Of a stretch of 64,000 nucleotides of DNA, positions 28,209-38,178 are shown piece after piece. The position numbers and the translations under genes are program-made. Below the pieces are notes generated by a model, which was given only the letters and a program-made list of their open reading frames with translations, was not told the DNA's origin and ran no database searches. The DNA lies in NCBI GenBank assembly GCA_049512935.1, contig JBEKWR010000003.1, positions 32,001 through 96,000 of the forward strand, given 5' to 3'. Origin of the DNA: Candidatus Bathyarchaeia archaeon. Its GTDB lineage: Archaea; Thermoproteota; Bathyarchaeia; Bathyarchaeales; Bathycorpusculaceae. The number at the start of each line of letters is the position of its first letter. Position 1 is the first letter of the stretch.

Positions 28209-28556
28209 TCACTTTTCTTGCTCTTTCAAAATGGCTTGAATAGATTTTTTTAACGGCGAAATATCTTGAGTAGCTGCTTTCCAAAGTGTTTCTACATCTA
28301 GTCCGAAGTAGGCATGGATTAGTTTGTCGCGCATTCCAGCCATCTGCTTCCATGGGAGCTCTTTATATTTTGTCTTTATTCTTTCAGGGATATTCTTGGA
28401 TGCTTCACCGATTATTTCGATACTTCTTACTACAGCATTCATTGTTTTTCTATCTTTGGCAAATTCTTCGTATGTCATTTTGCCAACAAAGCATTCGATA
28501 TCATCTATTGCATCCAAAATGTCTTGTAAGTAATCCCTGTAGTCACGAATTTTCAT
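28209..28556 (-). CDS. HEPN/DUF86 (HepT-like) RNase toxin
   Basis: IEIIGEASK, PWKQMAGMRDKLIHAYF (RX4H). Confidence 0.93.
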   Translation of the reverse strand: MKIRDYRDYLQDILDAIDDIECFVGKMTYEEFAKDRKTMNAVVRSIEIIGEASKNIPERIKTKYKELPWKQMAGMRDKLIHAYFGLDVETLWKAATQDISPLKKSIQAILKEQEK

Positions 28557-28846
28557 ACCATAATAACTTCCTTGAGGATTTGCTCGCCAATGTGAGGCTT
28601 AAGTGCTTTCTTTGATACCAAGTCAACTTTGACACCTAAAAGCTTAGATAGGTACATTTCAAGATCCATAAATTCAAACAAGCCGATTGGTTCTTCAAAC
28701 TCTACCAGTACATCCACATCGCTTTTCCGTTTTTGCTCCCCACGAACATAAGAACCAAAAACTCCGATAGTTTTCACTTTGAAGTTCTTTCTCAATTCTG
28801 CCTTATGCTGTGAAAGCTTGAGTTTAATGTCTTCAACATTTTGCAT
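28553..28846 (-). CDS. Minimal nucleotidyltransferase (MntA-like) antitoxin
   Basis: FGSYVRGEQ...SDVDVLV, KVDLV; ATGA overlap with the HEPN gene. Confidence 0.93.
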   Translation of the reverse strand: MQNVEDIKLKLSQHKAELRKNFKVKTIGVFGSYVRGEQKRKSDVDVLVEFEEPIGLFEFMDLEMYLSKLLGVKVDLVSKKALKPHIGEQILKEVIMV

Positions 28847-29006
28847 ACTTCAAACACCGAGAACTTTACATTTAAGGCTTTTCAAAAGCACTTGCCTAGT
28901 CTCGGGAAAGAACAATCTTATTCACGGTTTTTCTTATGTCGCTCAATGTTGTTGGCGGCATCCAGAATTTTTTGGGCTTGCTTTGGGTTCAAACTAAACT
29001 TCACTT

Positions 29007-29315
29007 TTATTCTCCGTAGTTTTCCTTCATGTACTCTTTGATGCTTCCTGCATTCCAGTTGAATGAAACGCCCTTCAGCTCAAGTAACTCCAAAAACTCG
29101 CGAAGGGAAATACCCAAAATCTCTGCCCCTCGTCCCGAACTTATCTTGCCCTTCTCGTAGAGGCGTACGACACGCTCTTGCAACCCATCTTCTATGAACT
29201 CTCTGAACAAAGTTGAGCGATCTACGTTTTCAAGTGCCCTAACAGCCTCTACCCTGCGCAGGTTACGCTTTGATAAGCGAAAGGTGACAACTGTGCTTTT
29301 TTCTTCTTTGCTCAT
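29007..29315 (-). CDS. UPF0175-family antitoxin-like protein (no cognate PIN gene seen)
   Basis: RHH N-terminus plus LYEKGKISSGRGAEILGISLREFLELL. Confidence 0.8.
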   Translation of the reverse strand: MSKEEKSTVVTFRLSKRNLRRVEAVRALENVDRSTLFREFIEDGLQERVVRLYEKGKISSGRGAEILGISLREFLELLELKGVSFNWNAGSIKEYMKENYGE

Positions 29316-29454
29316 CCTTTGTTACTCAGCATCAGAGAATAAATGTGACACATAAAAAGTTACGGCAACACTAACCCAAGAAACAGATTTGACCCTTTTT
29401 AGCTATTTCGGGACAATGCGGCGGGCGATGAGGTAAACATAAAAAGCAGCAGAT

Positions 29455-29766
29455 GTGTTGGAGTTACTAGCGGGGATGAGTTATTTGACGAACGTTCAAG
29501 CAAGCACATGGGAACCTGAGAAAAGAACAGAGCCAGAAGCCCGAACTGAACCAGCCCCAAGATCGGAGCCAGCCGCCAGAACTGAAACAGAACCTAGGAC
29601 CGAAACTGAGCCAAGGACAGAAGTAGCTGCTAGAACGGAACCAGCGAACAATGAGGTAAAATCAGTCAAGTGCCCTTCTTGCGGTCATCTTTTGGTATTT
29701 TCAAAGGGACCTGGGAAGCTAAGTCTCAGATGCACAAAATGTGGAAAAGACTTCCAAGTAGAGTAG
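29455..29766 (+). CDS. Small protein with hexapeptide repeats and a C-terminal Zn ribbon
   Basis: About seven R(T/S)E-containing 6-mers, then CPSCG...CTKCG; start may be 29476. Confidence 0.65.
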   Translation: MLELLAGMSYLTNVQASTWEPEKRTEPEARTEPAPRSEPAARTETEPRTETEPRTEVAARTEPANNEVKSVKCPSCGHLLVFSKGPGKLSLRCTKCGKDFQVE

Positions 29767-29796
29767 ATCGCGCGATTCTTTCAGCAAAACATCAAT

Positions 29797-30606
29797 TTAC
29801 TGCTTTGCCGCATTCTTGAGTTCCAACGCCGTTGACCGCAACTCTTTCAAGAGAACGTCAATGTTTTCTCGGCGTTTCTTGATTATGTTGATGAAAGCGC
29901 TCCCAACGATGACACCGTCCGCTCCTGCCTCAACGATGCGTTTTACGTGCTCTGGTTTGGAGATTCCGAACCCGACCGCCAACGGAATCTTGCCAGACGT
30001 GAAAGGCAGAACCCGTTTGACAAGTTGAATGGTTGAGTCTTCTATGGCTGCTTGTGCCCCAGTGACTCCGAAATGCGAAACGAGATACAGAAACCCTGAA
30101 GAACAATCAACTATGCGTGCCAGCCGCTCGTTTGAGGTGGAAGGCGCGGCTAAGAAAATTGTGTCTACACCAAATTTTCTTGCGGTTTTCTTGTAATCTG
30201 CTGCTTCTTCCACGGGCAAATCGGGAACTATGACACCGTCAACCACGCAGTTACTGGCTGACTCGAAAAACTTTTCAAGCCCCATCCTGAAAACGGGATT
30301 ATAGTAAGTCATTATTACAATGGGCACGTTTTGGCTTTGCCGAATCTCCTTAGCGATTTGCAGCACTTTAGCGGGTGTTGTTCCAGCGCTTAGGGCGCGC
30401 ACGCCTGCGGCTTGAATTGTTGGTCCGTCAGCGATGGGGTCAGAAAAAGGCAATCCCACCTCTAAAATGTCTACGCCTCCCTTAATCAGGGCGTCAGCGA
30501 TTTTAGGTGTTAGTTCGGGTTTTGGGTCTCCCGCCATAATGTAGCCGACGAGCGCCCCGCTGCCTTGAGCTTTGGTTCTTTGGAATGCTTCAGTTATCGC
30601 GGTCAT
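29797..30606 (-). CDS. trpA: Tryptophan synthase alpha
   Basis: [30 protein letters not shown]. Confidence 0.97.
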   Translation of the reverse strand: MTAITEAFQRTKAQGSGALVGYIMAGDPKPELTPKIADALIKGGVDILEVGLPFSDPIADGPTIQAAGVRALSAGTTPAKVLQIAKEIRQSQNVPIVIMTYYNPVFRMGLEKFFESASNCVVDGVIVPDLPVEEAADYKKTARKFGVDTIFLAAPSTSNERLARIVDCSSGFLYLVSHFGVTGAQAAIEDSTIQLVKRVLPFTSGKIPLAVGFGISKPEHVKRIVEAGADGVIVGSAFINIIKKRRENIDVLLKELRSTALELKNAAKQ

Positions 30607-31799
30607 ATTTTCACGCCTATGTAATCCGCTATTGTTTCCACGTCTTTGTCTCCCCTTCCCGAAAGGGTCACGACGATTGACTGGGTCTTCTTCATCTTCG
30701 GCGCAAGCTTCATGGCGTATGCCACCGCATGAGCGGATTCCAAGGCAGGCAGGATTCCTTCCTCTTTGCTTAGGGCGAGGAAAGCGTCTACTGCCTCCTT
30801 GTCTGTGGCTGAAACGTACTGTGCCCGCTTCAGAGTTTTGAGGAAGGAGTGTTCGGGTCCAACGCCCGGGTAATCTAACCCAGCGGAGATGCTGCTTGTG
30901 TTCAGGATTTGCCCGTTGCTGTCCTGCAACACGTAGGTTAACATGCCGTGGAAGACCCCTTCCGCGCCTGCGCCAAGCGACGCCGCGTGTTTGCCCGACT
31001 CTAAGCCTTCGCCCGCCGCTTCCACACCGTAAAACGCAACTTCAGCGTCGTCCTCGAACGGGAAGAACGTGCCAATCGCGTTACTTCCGCCGCCCACGCA
31101 GGCAACCAGCGCGTCAGGAAGCCACCCCTCCTTCTGCTGGAACTGCAGTTTGACCTCTACGCCGATTACGCTCTGGAAGTCCCGAACGATCATCGGGTAA
31201 GGATGCGGTCCGACGACGCTGCCGATCAGGTAGTACGTGTTTTCAAGGTTGGTTACCCAGTCGCGGAACGCTTCGTTGATCGAGTCTTTGAGCGTTTTTG
31301 AGCCTGTTTCGACGGGGTGCACTTCGGCGCCGAGGAGTTTCATGCGGAAAACGTTCAGCCGCTGCCGCTCGCAGTCCTCCGTTCCCATGTAAACCTCAGC
31401 CTTCAAACCTAACGCTGCGCACGCAATCGCGGTTGCTACGCCGTGCTGTCCCGCCCCTGTTTCAGCGATCACTCGGGTCTTGCCCATTCGCTTGGCGAGT
31501 AGCGCCTGTCCGATGGTGTTGTTGATTTTGTGTGCTCCGCCGTGGGCGAGGTCTTCCCGTTTAAGGTAGATTTTGGCGCCGCCCAGCCTGCGCGTCAAGT
31601 TCTCGGCGAGGTAGAGCGGGGTTGGTCTGCCTACGAATTCGAAGAGGTAATCGTCCAGCTGTTTCTGGAAGGCAGGGTCTTTTCTGGCTTGCGTGTAAGC
31701 TTCTTCCAACTCGTTGATCGCGGTCATCAGGACTTCGGGAACGAAGCGTCCGCCGTACTTGCCGTATTTGCCGTCGACAGGGTAGCTGCTCAGTTTCAT
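30603..31799 (-). CDS. trpB: Tryptophan synthase beta (TrpB1)
   Basis: [43 protein letters not shown]. Confidence 0.98.
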   Translation of the reverse strand: MKLSSYPVDGKYGKYGGRFVPEVLMTAINELEEAYTQARKDPAFQKQLDDYLFEFVGRPTPLYLAENLTRRLGGAKIYLKREDLAHGGAHKINNTIGQALLAKRMGKTRVIAETGAGQHGVATAIACAALGLKAEVYMGTEDCERQRLNVFRMKLLGAEVHPVETGSKTLKDSINEAFRDWVTNLENTYYLIGSVVGPHPYPMIVRDFQSVIGVEVKLQFQQKEGWLPDALVACVGGGSNAIGTFFPFEDDAEVAFYGVEAAGEGLESGKHAASLGAGAEGVFHGMLTYVLQDSNGQILNTSSISAGLDYPGVGPEHSFLKTLKRAQYVSATDKEAVDAFLALSKEEGILPALESAHAVAYAMKLAPKMKKTQSIVVTLSGRGDKDVETIADYIGVKI

Positions 31800-32575
31800 T
31801 TTGCGTTCACGAACTCCCTGACCGCTTCTTCAACGTTGCCGCTCTGCATGAGGGCGGAACCGATGAGGAACGCCTTTGCGCCGCTTTCACGGAGGAACCG
31901 CACGTCCATAGCCGTTTTTATTCCGCTTTCACTCACGACCACTTTGCCCTTCGGATTGTTTCTTGACAGGATTTCTTTGGTCACGTTCAAATCCACCTTT
32001 AAGGTTCCAAGGTTACGGTTGTTTATCCCGATCAAGTCAGCTTCAGACTTCACCGCTTCGCGGAACTCGGCTTCGGTGTGGGTTTCAAGCAGAACCTCAA
32101 GACCCAGCACGTGGGCGCCAGCCACCATTTCGTCAAGGGTTTTTTCAGTGTAACCCCTGTCAAAGAGCGTTTTAATCAGCAGAACCGCGTCGGCGCCCAT
32201 TTTTTTTGCGGCGTAAACCTGCACGGGGCTAAGCACGATGTCTTTCATGATGACGGGAACATCCACCGCTTCTCGAGCCGCCGCTAAAGCCTCCAGTGAA
32301 CCGTTGAACTGTTTCGGCTCAGTCAACACGGACACGGCTACTGCCCCGCCCCTCTGCATTTCCCGCGCAACCTCCCCCGCGTTAACGTTTTCACGTATGA
32401 CGCCTGCCGATGGAGAAGCCGATTTAATTTCGCCAATGATTGCCGCGGCTTTGCACTCTAAGATTGCCTTGCGCAGGCTGAGGCGCTTGCTCTCCGCTGC
32501 TTTTGCCGCTTCGTAGTATTCGCTTTCGATGGTTATTTGCGCGACGCGCGCCAAAACGTCAAAGTAGTCACTCAT
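31796..32575 (-). CDS. trpC: Indole-3-glycerol phosphate synthase
   Basis: [29 protein letters not shown]; ATG 32575. Confidence 0.96.
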   Translation of the reverse strand: MSDYFDVLARVAQITIESEYYEAAKAAESKRLSLRKAILECKAAAIIGEIKSASPSAGVIRENVNAGEVAREMQRGGAVAVSVLTEPKQFNGSLEALAAAREAVDVPVIMKDIVLSPVQVYAAKKMGADAVLLIKTLFDRGYTEKTLDEMVAGAHVLGLEVLLETHTEAEFREAVKSEADLIGINNRNLGTLKVDLNVTKEILSRNNPKGKVVVSESGIKTAMDVRFLRESGAKAFLIGSALMQSGNVEEAVREFVNAK

Positions 32576-33629
32576 ACTTGGCTTCCAACTCCTCAAGCTT
32601 CGCTAGGCTTCCGCCTGAAGCCGCAACCAACGCTTTAAGCTTCCCATACGCCGCCCCGCTTTCGATTGATTCACGGGCTAACTCCATGCCCCCCAAGAAA
32701 TCCTCCGCTTTCCCGCCAACGATTATTCCCGCGGCGCTGTTGACGAGCACAAACTCGGTTTTCAGGTCATCAACCGCAAGGTTGCCGCTCAGAATTCTGA
32801 AGAAGGTTTCAACGCCTTCATCAACGGTTGCCACTTTCAAGTCGGCGACTCGTGCGCGCTTAACTCCAAAGTCGCTGGGCGCGGCTTCGAACTCCACGAC
32901 TTCGCCGTCCTTTAGCCACGCAATCAGGGTCTTTCCAACGGTTGAAACCTCGTCTAACCCATCTAAGCCGTGGACAACCATGGCTTCCTCGCAGCCCAGC
33001 CGACGCAGCGCATAAGCCAGCGGGGCGGTTAGTTTGGGGTCGTAGACGCCGAGCAGCTGCGCGTTGGCTGACGCGGGGTTGGTTAACGGTCCGAGGACGT
33101 TGAATACGGTGCGTATGCCTATTTCCCGTCTGGTTTCAGCTGCGAACTTCATTGCTGGGTGGAACGATGGCGCAAACATGAAGCCTACCCCGACCTTCTC
33201 AATCATGCACTTAACCGCCTCAGGCTCCAGATACAGGTTGAAACCGAGTTTTTCCAGCACATCCGCGCTTCCACTCTTGCTGGTCACCGACCTGTTCCCG
33301 TGCTTGGCAACCGCGACGCCTGCTCCCGCGACGACGAAGGCGGCTGCCGTGCTCACGTTGAAGGTTTTTATTTTGTCTCCGCCTGTCCCGCACGTGTCAA
33401 CGAGGCGACCTTTCACGTGGGGGTGAATTTGGCTGCTGTGCTCGCGCATTACCGCGGCGAAGGCGATAAGCTCCTCGACTGCTTCGCCCTTCATTCTCAG
33501 CGCGGTCAGGAAAGCGGCTGTCTGCGAGTTTGTCGCTTTTCCCGACATGACTTCACGCATGATTTCGCCCGACTCGCTGCTGGTGAGGCTGCAGCCTTCA
33601 ATGAGTTTCTGGATGCCTTCCCGAATCAA
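32568..33629 (-). CDS. trpD: Anthranilate phosphoribosyltransferase
   Basis: DTCGTGGD, NVST, KHGNRSVTSKSGSAD. Confidence 0.97.
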   Translation of the reverse strand: MIREGIQKLIEGCSLTSSESGEIMREVMSGKATNSQTAAFLTALRMKGEAVEELIAFAAVMREHSSQIHPHVKGRLVDTCGTGGDKIKTFNVSTAAAFVVAGAGVAVAKHGNRSVTSKSGSADVLEKLGFNLYLEPEAVKCMIEKVGVGFMFAPSFHPAMKFAAETRREIGIRTVFNVLGPLTNPASANAQLLGVYDPKLTAPLAYALRRLGCEEAMVVHGLDGLDEVSTVGKTLIAWLKDGEVVEFEAAPSDFGVKRARVADLKVATVDEGVETFFRILSGNLAVDDLKTEFVLVNSAAGIIVGGKAEDFLGGMELARESIESGAAYGKLKALVAASGGSLAKLEELEAKYE

Positions 33630-34213
33630 AGCCGCCTAGCCTCCAAAAAGTTCCTGATTATGAGTTTGCCGTCTTCGCAGAGGATGGATTCAGGATGGAA
33701 CTGCACGCCGTCAATCGGGTACTTAACGTGGCGGACGCCCATGATTTCTCCGTCGTCAAGGCACTCAGCTGAGATTTCAAGGCATTTAGGAATCGAGCAT
33801 CGTTCTCCAGCAAGCGAGTGGTACCGCGTTGCAGTGAACGGGTTGCGCACGCCTGCGAAGATGCCTTTCTGGTCGTGTTTTATCGTGCAGGTTTTTCCAT
33901 GCATGAGCCTTTGCGCGTGGACGATTTTTCCGCCGTAAGCGTAGATTATTCCTTGGTGACCAAGGCAAACTCCCAAAGTTGGAATCGTGTGGCTCATGGT
34001 CTGAAGGATCCTTGTGCAGACGCCAAAGTACCGCTCGTCCTCAGGCGTGCCTGGACCGGGAGAAATCACAATCCTCTCGGGTTTAAGCTCCGCCAGCTGC
34101 GCCAACGACACCTTGTCGTTTCGGAAAACCACGGGTTCCCCACCAAGTTCACCTATGTACTGGGCAAGGTTGTAGACGAACGAGTCGTAATTGTCGATGA
34201 CGAGCACCTTCAC
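33626..34213 (-). CDS. trpG: Anthranilate synthase glutamine amidotransferase subunit
   Basis: IDNYDSF, SPGPG, GVCLGHQ, FHPES. Confidence 0.96.
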   Translation of the reverse strand: MKVLVIDNYDSFVYNLAQYIGELGGEPVVFRNDKVSLAQLAELKPERIVISPGPGTPEDERYFGVCTRILQTMSHTIPTLGVCLGHQGIIYAYGGKIVHAQRLMHGKTCTIKHDQKGIFAGVRNPFTATRYHSLAGERCSIPKCLEISAECLDDGEIMGVRHVKYPIDGVQFHPESILCEDGKLIIRNFLEARRL

Positions 34214-35655
34214 TGCTGTGCGCCTCCAGCCTTCTCCAGCGCCTGCATCAACGCCTTCGCCTTATGCTCGGTTTCAAACCACTCTTGCTCAGGCACCGAA
34301 TCAGCCACAATGCCGCCGCCCGCCTGAATGTAAGCTTGGTTCTTGTCAGCGAACAACGTGCGAATTGTTATGGCAAAGTCCGCGTTGCCGTTGTAGGAAA
34401 AATACCCCACGGCGCCAGCGTAAGGCCCCCGCCTGACAGGTTCCAGTTCATCGATGATTTCCATGGCACGCACCTTCGGCGCTCCAGAAACGGTTCCCGC
34501 TGGAAAAACAGCCCGCAACGCGTCGTAGCTTTGAAGGTCGTCTCTCAGTTCGCCCACGACTCGGGACACGATGTGCTGAACGTGGCTGTACTGGTGAACC
34601 TTCATGAACTCAGGCACGTGAACGCTTCCGTACTTGCTGATTCTTCCCACGTCGTTGCGTGCCAAATCAACAAGCATCACGTGCTCGGCGCGCTCCTTAG
34701 GGTCGGCAAGCAACTCGCAAACTAACCTGCCGTTTTCATTGGGGTCTTCAGCCACGGGTCTTGTGCCCGCGATCGGGAAGGTTTCCACGGTTCTGTTTTC
34801 AACCCTGACAAGCATCTCGGGGCTGGCTCCGACGATCTGCCTTTCGCCCGACTTGTAAAAAAACATGTATGGCGAAGGGTTGATGGCTCTCAAAGCCTGA
34901 TAGAACGGGATCAGGTTGCCTTTAACTTGGAACTGGAACCGTTTGGACGGGACAACCTGGAAAATGTCCCCTGCCGTTATGTACTTCTTCGCCTTTTCAA
35001 CCGCCGCCTCATAAGCTTCTTTCTTAATGTTCACCTTAGGCTGCGTGAAAGAAAAATGCTCCGCGTCGGCTGGCTGCCTGAGAAGGTTTTCAACTTCGGG
35101 GAGACGGTTCTCGCCGCGGTAGTAGTAGAACGCCTGCTTTTTTACGTGGTTGAAGATGAAGCCATCGTCGAAAATGCCCATTTCCAAGTCGGGGAAGCAA
35201 AGGTCGTCCCTGCTGTTCTGCGGCAGCTGCTCCCAGTAGCGGACAGAGTCGTAGGAAACGTATCCGACTGCTCCGCCGACGAATCTGAACTCGCTGTTTG
35301 GAACCGCTTGGTCTTTGAGTAGGCGCTCTAAGGTTTGGAGGGGGTCGCATGTTTCTTCAGTGTCTGTCTCGTGGGTTTGTTCGTTTCTGATTTTGGCTTT
35401 CCCGTTTTTCACGGTGAAGGTTACTTTTGGGTCGTACCCGATGAACGAGTATTGTGCGAGTTTTTTTGGTCCTTCGATTGATTCTAGAAGGTAGGCTGTT
35501 TGGTGGTTTTTTTGTAGTTTTGAGAAGATTTCGAGGGGTTGCGCATTCAGGGTGATTTTCTTGATTTTTAGGGGATTATCTGGCTTGGTTTGTGTGGCTG
35601 TTATGCCAAAGGCAATTCCCCATTGCGATTCGTGCTCCGTACGGTTCAGAAGCAT
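34210..35655 (-). CDS. trpE: Anthranilate synthase component I (start uncertain)
   Basis: LLES, GDIFQVV, NPSPYM, PIAGTR, EHVMLVDLARND. Confidence 0.96.
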   Translation of the reverse strand: MLLNRTEHESQWGIAFGITATQTKPDNPLKIKKITLNAQPLEIFSKLQKNHQTAYLLESIEGPKKLAQYSFIGYDPKVTFTVKNGKAKIRNEQTHETDTEETCDPLQTLERLLKDQAVPNSEFRFVGGAVGYVSYDSVRYWEQLPQNSRDDLCFPDLEMGIFDDGFIFNHVKKQAFYYYRGENRLPEVENLLRQPADAEHFSFTQPKVNIKKEAYEAAVEKAKKYITAGDIFQVVPSKRFQFQVKGNLIPFYQALRAINPSPYMFFYKSGERQIVGASPEMLVRVENRTVETFPIAGTRPVAEDPNENGRLVCELLADPKERAEHVMLVDLARNDVGRISKYGSVHVPEFMKVHQYSHVQHIVSRVVGELRDDLQSYDALRAVFPAGTVSGAPKVRAMEIIDELEPVRRGPYAGAVGYFSYNGNADFAITIRTLFADKNQAYIQAGGGIVADSVPEQEWFETEHKAKALMQALEKAGGAQQ

Positions 35656-35698
35656 ACGTTGATGTATTATTTAAGGCTTATCTGCACAAAAACGTACA

Positions 35699-36028
35699 TT
35701 AAGGCTTGGGCTTAAGCACAGCACTCATCCACTCCAAATACGCCTTCGACCCGTCAACAATCGGCAGCGCCAAAACCTCAGGAACCTCGTAGCTATGCAA
35801 ACGCTTAACCCGTTCAGCAACCTCCCCAAACAGGTCCATCCGCGACTTCATAACCACCAAGCATTCCGCAGCCCTCTCCGTCTGACCACCCCAGTGAAAA
35901 AACGACGTAACTGGACTAACGATGTTAGCGCAGGCGATAAGGCGTTCCTTCAAAAGCATCTGCGAAATTCTTTCCGCCTCTTCCTTATCCTTCGCCGTAA
36001 CAAGAATGACTATGTATTCACTCAACAC
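35699..36028 (-). CDS. cutA: CutA divalent-cation tolerance protein
   Basis: LIACANI, HSYEVPEVLALP, YLEW. Confidence 0.94.
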   Translation of the reverse strand: MLSEYIVILVTAKDKEEAERISQMLLKERLIACANIVSPVTSFFHWGGQTERAAECLVVMKSRMDLFGEVAERVKRLHSYEVPEVLALPIVDGSKAYLEWMSAVLKPKP

Positions 36029-36158
36029 TTTTCACCAAGTCAAAGTTGGTTTTTACCAATAAAAACTTGCATGTTTTCCAAAAATTCAGTTTTTCCCGTA
36101 GCGGGTGCTTAAGACATTTAAATTCCCGTTAAGTATTACTTGCAGTGAGGGAACGCTT

Positions 36159-36659
36159 TTGAAAGAGGAGCAGTTTAAAGTTTTAAAGACGTTAAGTGAA
36201 GCCACAAGCCGCATGGATCTGAATGCGTTTGCTGAAAAAGTCGGCCTGACCCCGAACCAGGCAATACTTCAGATTCAAGAACTGGCAAAAGAGGGCTTTC
36301 TGCAGAGGGTCGGAGGCGGGTACGGCATAACTCAGAAGGGGAAAGCAGCCCTTAAAGCCTTCACGCCTGTTCCGAGGGAGAACGGGTTCCATTTTTACTA
36401 CGGTATCGATCAGCCATCGGAGTTCATCGCTGAGTCGCCTGAACAGTTTTACAACTTTATCAAACAAGTCAGAGTCGAATCTATTGAATTCCACCTTTAC
36501 CGGGGCGACTTCAAAAACTGGCTCAACGACGTCCTAAAAGATACTGAGGTTGCCAGCGAATTCGAGCGCGCTAGGGCTGCCGATTTGGAGGGTGAAACTC
36601 TTAGATCGGAACTCTTGAAGCTGCTTGACGCAAAGTACGGGATAGAAGGGTTGGCTTAG
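36159..36659 (+). CDS. Winged-helix + DUF5752-like protein
   Basis: wHTH (LAKEGFL...YGITQKG), then FHFY...SIEFHLYRGDFKNW; TTG 36159 likely start. Confidence 0.7.
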   Translation: MKEEQFKVLKTLSEATSRMDLNAFAEKVGLTPNQAILQIQELAKEGFLQRVGGGYGITQKGKAALKAFTPVPRENGFHFYYGIDQPSEFIAESPEQFYNFIKQVRVESIEFHLYRGDFKNWLNDVLKDTEVASEFERARAADLEGETLRSELLKLLDAKYGIEGLA

Positions 36660-36665
36660 CTTCGG

Positions 36666-37115
36666 TTACTGGTTAAGCTTAATCCACCATTCGGGAACGC
36701 GGGCGTCTTTGGCGCTATCCCAAGAGTCAAAGGGCTTTATGTCTAAGACTGGCGTGCCATTGTAAGCGTCTAAACCGCGGACAGTTAGAATGTTGCCTTC
36801 AACCTTTAGCAGCTCAACAAGCGTTAAGCCGATGGGGTTCGGTCGCAGGTTGGTTCTAAGCGCGAAAACCCCCAGCAAAGGCATGTCCATTCTGCCTCTA
36901 GGATGCAACTTTAGAGCCCGATGCTGGCTGGTTACTTCGTTGAGCCAGAAAAGCACAAACACGTGCGAAAAGCCTTCGACGCCGTCCAAGGCTTCAACCA
37001 GCTCGGAATTAAGAATTATTTTTGAAATTCTTGACTTGTCTTTAACCTCGTTGCCGACCGCGTCGGTTTTAACGTGACCGATTGGGCTTAAAACGATCTG
37101 CTGTTGAGAAGACAT
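36666..37115 (-). CDS. tsaA: tRNA m6t6A37 methyltransferase TrmO/TsaA
   Basis: GVFALRTNLRPNPIGLT, GLDAYNGTPVLDIKP. Confidence 0.92.
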   Translation of the reverse strand: MSSQQQIVLSPIGHVKTDAVGNEVKDKSRISKIILNSELVEALDGVEGFSHVFVLFWLNEVTSQHRALKLHPRGRMDMPLLGVFALRTNLRPNPIGLTLVELLKVEGNILTVRGLDAYNGTPVLDIKPFDSWDSAKDARVPEWWIKLNQ

Positions 37116-37196
37116 CGGTTGCTCCGCTCAATAATCCAGTGAAGCCGAAACTATATAAGCGTTCGATGGGTAGGACGGAACGGTGGCGTCGGCGCT

Positions 37197-37448
37197 TTGC
37201 CCTTCGTCGAAGACCTTTCGAGGCTTCCAAGCTTCGTAATTGTGGTATGCATGGTAGCTTTCTTTCTCTCGTTTGGTTTACTCTCAAACATCATCGACAA
37301 TGAGGGCGTCCTGTATAACCTCGGGCAGGGCGCATTCATTTCGGTAGTGACTGGCGCAGCATTGTACTTTGCAAGGTATCTAAGCAGGCGAAGAGCCGCT
37401 AATAGGGTTAAATTGCAACCGATAACTCCCAAAGAAACTTCAATCTAA
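37197..37448 (+). CDS. Small 2-TM membrane protein
   Basis: Two hydrophobic segments and a basic tail. Confidence 0.55.
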   Translation: MPFVEDLSRLPSFVIVVCMVAFFLSFGLLSNIIDNEGVLYNLGQGAFISVVTGAALYFARYLSRRRAANRVKLQPITPKETSI

Positions 37449-37473
37449 ACCTGCAAAACGTATTATTCTTTCG

Positions 37474-38178
37474 TTGAGTAACAAGTTTACTATGTTGCGT
37501 ATTGGTCACAGAGGCGCTCGGGCTTACGCGCCAGAAAACACGATTGCAAGTTTTAGGAAAGCGCTGGAAATCGGCGCTGACGCGGTTGAACTGGACGTGA
37601 GGAAAACCAAAGACAACCAGCTTGTTGTCATTCACGACGCGGATGTTAAGCGGACAACTGACGGCGAAGGCTTGGTAAGTGAGCTTACGCTCAAAGAAAT
37701 CAAGGGTTTTAACGCTGAGGGCGGCGAGAAAATTCCGACGTTTGAGGAAGCGCTGGATTTTCTGGATAAGAAGGTCAAGGTTTTTGTTGAGTTGAAGGAA
37801 GACGGGCTTGAAAAGCAGATGCTCGATGTCATTTGTGATATGGGTTTGGAGAAGAACGTTGTACTCGTTTCTTTCTTGGAGGATGCGCTCAGGAAAGTCC
37901 GAGAGCTCAATGCTGAAGTAGAGACGGGGTTAATTTACGCGAAGCATAAGAACCCGCTGAAAGCCGCGCTCGAATTGAAAGCCAACTACTTGGTTGCTCT
38001 CTACAGGTTCATGCACACGGCTAACGTTGAGAAAGCTCACGAGAACGGGTTAAAAGTGGTAGTTTGGACCATAAACACCTTGGAGGAAGCCGAGCAGTAC
38101 GCCGCAAAAGGCGTTGACGGCATAACAAGCGACAAGCCAGACATACTCGCGCATATCAAGCCAAAGCCTAGTGCATAG
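37474..38178 (+). CDS. Glycerophosphodiester phosphodiesterase
   Basis: GHRGARAYAPENT, ELDV, IHD, ELK, WTIN, GITSDKP. Confidence 0.94.
   Translation: MSNKFTMLRIGHRGARAYAPENTIASFRKALEIGADAVELDVRKTKDNQLVVIHDADVKRTTDGEGLVSELTLKEIKGFNAEGGEKIPTFEEALDFLDKKVKVFVELKEDGLEKQMLDVICDMGLEKNVVLVSFLEDALRKVRELNAEVETGLIYAKHKNPLKAALELKANYLVALYRFMHTANVEKAHENGLKVVVWTINTLEEAEQYAAKGVDGITSDKPDILAHIKPKPSA

Noticed and set aside
33159-33938. Long antisense ORFs (this 259-aa one and many over trp, uvr, metG and ior genes)
   Set aside because: Shadow frames of GC-richer conserved genes with no recognisable motifs
35590-35700. trp attenuator leader
   Set aside because: A single Trp codon in the uncertain TrpE N-terminus; no separate leader peptide or terminator/antiterminator evident
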